A stretch of 12,048 nucleotides of DNA from contig JAWCPB010000032.1 in NCBI GenBank assembly GCA_038870455.1, forward strand, positions 1 through 12,048, read 5' to 3'. Positions 7,866 to 12,048 of this stretch are shown here, one piece after another. The first letter of the stretch is position 1; every line of letters starts with the position of its first letter. The translations under genes were made by a program, and so were the position numbers. The stretch is from Candidatus Micrarchaeia archaeon. Its GTDB lineage: Archaea; Micrarchaeota; Micrarchaeia; Burarchaeales; JACRGF01. The notes beneath the pieces were generated by a model that saw nothing but the letters and a program-made list of their open reading frames with translations, was not told where the DNA came from and searched no databases.

Positions 7866-8072
7866 CGCCTTGGCCGGGATTCGAATTCCCTGACTCTTTT
7901 CCGTTGACGCTTTTGCGCCGAAGGCGGAAAAGGGTCACCCGGGTCGCCGGCTTTCCGCCGCCTCCCTTTGCGAAAGGAGGGGGATCCGGAGGACCCTCAA
8001 ACTGAGGGGGAACCTAGGTTCCCCCGCGGTTCGGCGACAGGCCGGTATGCTAGTCCACTACACAACCAAGGC
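7866..8072 (-). tRNA. tRNA-Asp(GTC) with two introns: 82 nt at 37/38 (7953-8034) and 52 nt at 53/54 (7886-7937)
   Basis: Spliced sequence: GCCTTGG TT GTGT AGTGGACTA GCAT A CCGGC CT GTC G^A GCCGG CGAC CCGGG ^TTCGAAT CCCGG CCAAGGC G. All four stems pair, both junction pairs fold as BHB-like motifs, and there is no encoded CCA. Confidence 0.93.
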
Positions 8073-8124
8073 GTTGCGAGGAATTGGGCGGACAAGGAAT
8101 AAAAAAGATTGCTGCTGGGGGCTG

Positions 8125-8739
8125 CTAGAGGGTTTCATTCGGCAGAATGTGTTCTTTTGGGCTGATTCCTCCCATGGCCGTTGTAATGATATGCCGAATC
8201 GCCGCTTCTTTAACTGCGAATTCCTTGGAGAGCTCTTTGAAGGACTTCGGCTCGCCTCCGTCCAAGCCAAACCTCGACAGCACGATCCCGAGCTGGTTTT
8301 GTTGAATGACGAGGATCGTGACTGCCTCGCGGATTTTCACTTTGTCTTCTTCAGAGAGTTCGCCTGATTTGATGTTTTGCTCAGGCACCCCCAGTTTTGC
8401 AAGGACTTCCGTTTCGCGGGGAGTGAAAAAGCTTCTCCTGACACGCAGCGCGCTTTCCCTGCGGGCCTCCATTTCCTTTTTTTCCTCCTCCTTCGCTTGA
8501 ACGTAGCCCTCGCCGCCTATCTCGCAGTTTATCCCCTCAATCGCGTCCACGGCGCTTTTGGCTTCAGTCAAGCGACCTAACAGCCTTTCTTCCGGCACTC
8601 CTTTCATGAAAGCGCGCACGAGCGCCCTTTTAACGTCGAATGGCCCGAATTTTTCATCGCTCTTGATTTCCGCTCCGCTGGCCTTCAGGAGATCATGGGC
8701 CTTCACCGCGAGGGCGTCGGATGGCGTGGCGTGTATCAT
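8125..8739 (-). CDS. Hypothetical protein with C-terminal sigma70 region-4-like helix-turn-helix, 204 aa
   Basis: QLGIVLSRFGLDGGEPKSFKELSKEFAVKEAAIRHIITTAM resembles the region-4 pattern VL.LRFGL.DGE..TL.EVG..F.VTRERIRQIE.KAL. AATAAATA lies on the minus strand at about 8764-8771 upstream. Confidence 0.7.
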   Translation of the reverse strand: MIHATPSDALAVKAHDLLKASGAEIKSDEKFGPFDVKRALVRAFMKGVPEERLLGRLTEAKSAVDAIEGINCEIGGEGYVQAKEEEKKEMEARRESALRVRRSFFTPRETEVLAKLGVPEQNIKSGELSEEDKVKIREAVTILVIQQNQLGIVLSRFGLDGGEPKSFKELSKEFAVKEAAIRHIITTAMGGISPKEHILPNETL

Positions 8740-8787
8740 GAGGTTGTTTTTTGCGATGGCAGGTATTTATTGCTTTTGAAAATCGAC

Positions 8788-8871
8788 GGAGGCCCTAGAA
8801 CCAACGATACAGTGACGAGCGAGCCCCGTGGCAACGGGCTGCGAGAGAAGAAGCTATCGACTAGTGCCTAG
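8788..8871 (-). repeat. Third, diverged copy of the arm-cargo-arm element (homologous to 152-234), abutting the 3' end of tRNA-Tyr
   Basis: The + strand GAACCAACGATACAGTGACGAGCGAGCCCCGTGGCAACGGGCTGCGAGAGAAGAAGC matches the reverse complement of unit 2, GAACCAACGATTCGGCGACGAGCGAGCCCCGTGG-AACGGGCTGCGAGCGAGGAAGC. Confidence 0.88.
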
Positions 8872-9020
8872 TCCCGCTGGGCGGATTTTCACGGAACCGC
8901 GGAGATGTCAACCCCTCCGCGGTTCGGTTTGAACCACCAACATTTCGGTTTCTGCCAGCAAAAAAGCGCTGGGCAAGCAAGCTACAGCCGAACGCTCTAG
9001 CCAAGTTGAGCTACAGCGGG
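8872..9020 (-). tRNA. tRNA-Tyr(GTA) with two introns: 32 nt at 37/38 (8950-8981) and 42 nt at 59/60 (8886-8927)
   Basis: Spliced sequence: CCCGCTG TA GCTC AACTTGGCTA GAGC G TTCGG CT GTA G^A CCGAA ATGTT GGTGG TTCAAA^T CCGCC CAGCGGG A. It has the C1:G72 and A73 archaeal Tyr identity elements. The 59/60 intron has central helix TTCA/TGAA with bulges AA^C and AA^T. Confidence 0.94.
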
Positions 9021-9045
9021 TGAAATGGTTATGTGCGGTTGTATT

Positions 9046-10893
9046 CTAAAAGATTGCGCGTCTGCTGAGGTGGGTGGGCAGGGAAAGAGGCTCGAAGGGC
9101 TGGCCCGCACACTCCGAGGCAATGCAGGAAACGAGCTCTGCGGGCTTCATCTTCTCCTGTTTCCCGGTGGAGCGCACGCGCACGCTGAGGAAACCCCCCT
9201 CCGCCTCCTTCTCTCCCACCACCGCGATGTACGGGATCCACTCCTTTTCCGCGTCGCGCACTTTCTTCTGAAGCGTCTCGGTGCGGTCGTCGAAATCAAC
9301 CCGAATGTTTTTGGAGGAAAGCTCCGCAAGCAGCTTCTCGCACGCCGGATTCTGCGCGTCGCTCACCGGCACGAGGCGGAGCTGGGTGGGCGCGAGCCAA
9401 GTGGGGAACAAAGGAGTTTTCCCCATGGCGATTTTGCGCGCTTGTTCCTCCAGGAGCGCGTAGACATTGCGGTCGGTCGAGCCGGAGAGAGAGGCGTGCA
9501 GCAGGACAGGCTTCTGCTTCTCTCCTTTTTCATTCACGAAGCTGATGTCGTAAGTCTCTGCGTTCTCCACGTCGATCTGCACTGTCGAAAGCGCGCTGGC
9601 CTTGTCCAGGTTGTCGATGAAGTTGAACTCGAACTTCGTTATGAAATAGGCGTATCTTTCGGCAAACATCTCGATGAAAATGGGCTTGCCGAGCCGTTTT
9701 GCAAACCGCTTGTACCACCCCCCGTTTTCCTCATAGAAGTCCTTCTGGACGCGGAAGGCGGTTTCGAACGGGAGGGCGAGGCCTGCCAGCCACTGCTGGC
9801 ACAGCTCAAACTGCTTGGCGAACTCTTCCTTGGCCTGAGGCAGGTCCCTGCACAGCGTGTGCATGTCTGGCATGGTGAATGCGCGCAGCCTGCGCAGGCC
9901 GGCCACCTCGCCGCTCTGTTCCCTGCGGAAGCTGTATTTCGTGAGCTCGTAAATCTTGAGGGGAAGAGAGCGGTGGCTGATGACAGCGTCGCGGGCTATG
10001 AGGAATTGCCCGAAGCACGCCGCGAACCTCAGGAAAAGCTCCTTGTCCTCGCTCTCGACCACGTACTGCCTCGCAGGAAACCTGTCGAGGTATTTTTTGA
10101 GCGTCGGATGCTCGAAGTCGTACATGACGGGCGTCTCGACTTCCATCGCGCCGTAGGAAATGCAGAGGCTGGAAACTTTTTTTTCAAGCAGCTTTTTCAC
10201 GAGCCTGCCGGCCGGGTACCAGCGGAGGTTTCCCGAGTCGCTTCCGGGCTCGAACCACGCTATGGCGTGCTCGCGCATGAGGCGGATGTGAGGCGGCTCC
10301 TTTTCGTAAGCGCGCACCTTGTGAATCTCGTAGTCGGCCAGCTTCTTGAGCTGCGGAAACTTCTTGAAGTCGAAAGAGGCGACTGGGACGAGCTCCCCTT
10401 CTGGCGTGAGGATGAAGTACTCGCTTTTTGCCTTCGCTTCGGTCTGCAGTGCTTTGGAAACACGTTCTTTGGGCGCTCCCTCCCCTCTTATCTCCCTAGA
10501 CAGCTCGGCGAGAGGGTGGCCCTTTGCCTTGAGGTCGAAGCTCTTGTACCAGCCGAATGGCGCGCGCACAACCTCGTACTCCATCTCTTCAAGCAGCTTG
10601 GCCGCCTGCTTAAGCAGGGCGAGCGCTTTCTCAGGCTTGGCGGGCCTGCTGGTGAGATGCACCCACGGGTAGAGGACGATGCGGTCGGCCTTCACCTGCT
10701 CCGCCACCCCGTCGATTTCATCAGCAGCTTTCGCCGCTGCCAGCTCGTCGTCGCCTTCCTCGGCCGCGCAGAAAGCCACGAGGCAATCGGTCACCCTCGT
10801 TGTTTCTCCGGCTGCGGCCTCTTCGGCTGCCTTCACCGCTTTCTGCACGGGCGTGAATTCGATGAAGTCGCTGTGAACAGTTACCAGCCTCAC
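9046..10893 (-). CDS. thrS: Threonine--tRNA ligase, archaeal type with N-terminal DTD-like editing domain, 615 aa
   Basis: N-terminal VRLVTVHSDFIEF, YPWVHL, RAPFGWYKSFDLKAKGHPLAELSREI; core FLRFAACFG, YSFRREQSGE..GLRRLRAFTMPDMH; anticodon domain WLAPTQLRLVPV. The GTG start at 10893 overlaps the Lrp stop (GTGA) and is preceded by SD-like AAGGTGA. Confidence 0.97.
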   Translation of the reverse strand: MRLVTVHSDFIEFTPVQKAVKAAEEAAAGETTRVTDCLVAFCAAEEGDDELAAAKAADEIDGVAEQVKADRIVLYPWVHLTSRPAKPEKALALLKQAAKLLEEMEYEVVRAPFGWYKSFDLKAKGHPLAELSREIRGEGAPKERVSKALQTEAKAKSEYFILTPEGELVPVASFDFKKFPQLKKLADYEIHKVRAYEKEPPHIRLMREHAIAWFEPGSDSGNLRWYPAGRLVKKLLEKKVSSLCISYGAMEVETPVMYDFEHPTLKKYLDRFPARQYVVESEDKELFLRFAACFGQFLIARDAVISHRSLPLKIYELTKYSFRREQSGEVAGLRRLRAFTMPDMHTLCRDLPQAKEEFAKQFELCQQWLAGLALPFETAFRVQKDFYEENGGWYKRFAKRLGKPIFIEMFAERYAYFITKFEFNFIDNLDKASALSTVQIDVENAETYDISFVNEKGEKQKPVLLHASLSGSTDRNVYALLEEQARKIAMGKTPLFPTWLAPTQLRLVPVSDAQNPACEKLLAELSSKNIRVDFDDRTETLQKKVRDAEKEWIPYIAVVGEKEAEGGFLSVRVRSTGKQEKMKPAELVSCIASECAGQPFEPLSLPTHLSRRAIF

Positions 10894-11357
10894 GGCATCA
10901 CCTTCAGCATTTCGGGGCGCGCGGCGATGTCCTCCTTGACGCAGTTGAGCACGGTAGAGGTGAGCGTGTGCTCTATGTTTGGGTTGGAGAGAAGGCGTTT
11001 CACGAAAGCGTTCAGCTCGCTCATATCCCTGAATTTGGCGATAACGAGCACATCCCATTCTCCGGTGATGTCGTACACCGCGATGACGTTCGGCATCTGC
11101 GCGATTTCCTTCTCGACTTCCTCAAGCATCCCCCCTCGCGCCTTGACGCTGATGGCCACGGTCACGCCGTACCCAAGCTTCTCCGGATTGATCAGCGGCA
11201 CGAAGCCCTTAAGCACCCCCTCCTCCTGCATTTTCCTCACTCTCACGAGAATGGTGCTGGGGCTCAGCCTCAGCGCCCTGGCCATGTCGCGGAAGCTCGC
11301 GCGCGCGTCCCGCCCCAGCAGCTCGAGTATCCTGCGGTCGGTGGCATCCAGTTCCAT
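10890..11357 (-). CDS. Lrp/AsnC family transcriptional regulator, about 155 aa
   Basis: HTH MELDATDRRILELLGRDARASFRDMARALRLSPSTILVRVRKMQEEGVLKGF and RAM domain VYDITGEWDVLV. The start is placed at ATG 11357. Confidence 0.95.
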   Translation of the reverse strand: MELDATDRRILELLGRDARASFRDMARALRLSPSTILVRVRKMQEEGVLKGFVPLINPEKLGYGVTVAISVKARGGMLEEVEKEIAQMPNVIAVYDITGEWDVLVIAKFRDMSELNAFVKRLLSNPNIEHTLTSTVLNCVKEDIAARPEMLKVMP

Positions 11358-11380
11358 CGAGAGAAAATTGGCGTCAAACA

Positions 11381-11388
11381 TTTAAATA
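11381..11388. promoter_or_regulatory. Putative TATA box between the divergent Lrp and TPR genes
   Basis: TTTAAATA lies about 23 nt from the Lrp ATG (11357) and about 27 nt from the TPR ATG (11416). Confidence 0.55.
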
Positions 11389-11415
11389 GGTGGCTGGATT
11401 ATTGATATGGTTGCC

Positions 11416-12048
11416 ATGCCAAGGAAGGACAGCGAAGCCGAGGCGATCGACGAGGAGGAGACAGGGGGGAAGCCCTCCCCCACCGATGCCCGGACGTATT
11501 ATCACAGGGGAAACGCCTACTACGAGAAAGGCGATTACGACCGGGCCATAGAAAACTACAACATGGCCATCGTGCTGAACCCGAACTTCAGCGAGGCCTA
11601 CTTCAACCGCGGCCTGGCCTACTACAACAAGAAAGAGTTCGACAAGGCCATAGCCGACTACACGCGCTCGGCCGAGCTCGACCCTCGCAACGCAGTCATC
11701 TATAACAACCGGGGCGATGCGCACTACCGCAAGCAAGACTTTGACAAGGCCATTCTCGACTACGACAAGGCCATCAGCCTCAACCCTAGGTACCTCAAGG
11801 CGTATTACAACAGGGGCCTGGCCTATGCCTGCCAGCAGGACTACGAGCGGGCGGTCGAAGACTTTGACAAGGTCATCGAGCTCAACCCGAACTTTGCTGA
11901 AGCGTGGCACATCCGCGGGCTCGCCTACGATTACATGGGCGACTACGAGAAGGCCATCGCGGACTATGACAAGGCCATCGAGCTCAACCCGAACTTCACT
12001 GAAGCCATCAACCACAGGGAGCTCGCCAAGGGAAAAATGGAGCGTGGA
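11416..12048 (+). CDS. Tetratricopeptide-repeat protein (partial, runs off the window; absent from the ORF track)
   Basis: Translated by hand from ATG 11416 (alternative in-frame ATG 11407): MPRKDSEAEAIDEEETGGKPSPTDARTYYHRGNAYYEKGDYDRAIENYNMAIVLNPNFSEAYFNRGLAYYNKKEFDKAIADY... It has five 34-aa TPRs and no stop before 12048. Confidence 0.95.
   Translation, partial: MPRKDSEAEAIDEEETGGKPSPTDARTYYHRGNAYYEKGDYDRAIENYNMAIVLNPNFSEAYFNRGLAYYNKKEFDKAIADYTRSAELDPRNAVIYNNRGDAHYRKQDFDKAILDYDKAISLNPRYLKAYYNRGLAYACQQDYERAVEDFDKVIELNPNFAEAWHIRGLAYDYMGDYEKAIADYDKAIELNPNFTEAINHRELAKGKMERG

Noticed and set aside
7526-8871. Integrated provirus or IS at the tRNA genes
   Set aside because: There is no integrase or transposase, no duplicated tRNA 3' end and no viral hallmark gene.
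10894-11058. 55-aa N-terminal extension of ThrRS in the ORF track
   Set aside because: It overlaps the Lrp gene. Homology-like sequence and an SD motif point to the GTG at 10893.
9025-11385. 786-aa + strand ORF
   Set aside because: It is an antisense shadow of thrS and lrp, as expected with GC-rich codon bias, and has no motifs.
11461-11482. Possible frameshift at the G6/C-rich tract in the TPR gene
   Set aside because: A recount shows the frame is continuous from ATG 11416 into the TPR repeats.
11374-12015. 213-aa minus-strand ORF with repetitive Val-rich sequence
   Set aside because: It is antisense to the TPR gene, and its periodicity mirrors the TPR repeats.

Overview
Archaeal chromosomal segment. 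The evidence is an archaeal-type ThrRS, a geranylgeranyl-reductase-family gene, TATA-like boxes just upstream of starts, and tRNAs with bulge-helix-bulge (BHB) introns and no encoded CCA; a DPANN/Micrarchaeota-like origin is only a guess. The protein genes are a small hypothetical, a HEAT-repeat protein coupled to a stand-alone ParB/Srx-like protein, aspartate kinase, a long prephenate dehydrogenase, a C-N hydrolase, GGR, a ZIP transporter, a short DUF1697-like protein, a protein with a sigma70 region-4-like HTH, ThrRS, an Lrp/AsnC regulator and a TPR protein running off the right edge. The most striking signal is non-coding. tRNA-Asp(GTC) and tRNA-Tyr(GTA) each carry two introns, one canonical at 37/38 and one non-canonical in the T-arm (53/54 and 59/60). 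The intergenic region at 19-532, about 8 kb away, is a mosaic of palindromic modules homologous to both tRNA-Asp introns and to the element directly behind tRNA-Tyr. Two of these modules sit between conserved inverted-repeat arms as equal-length (46 nt) but different cargos. This suggests a family of small structured mobile repeats that colonise tRNA genes as spliceable introns. All family calls come from motif recognition by eye, not from database searches.
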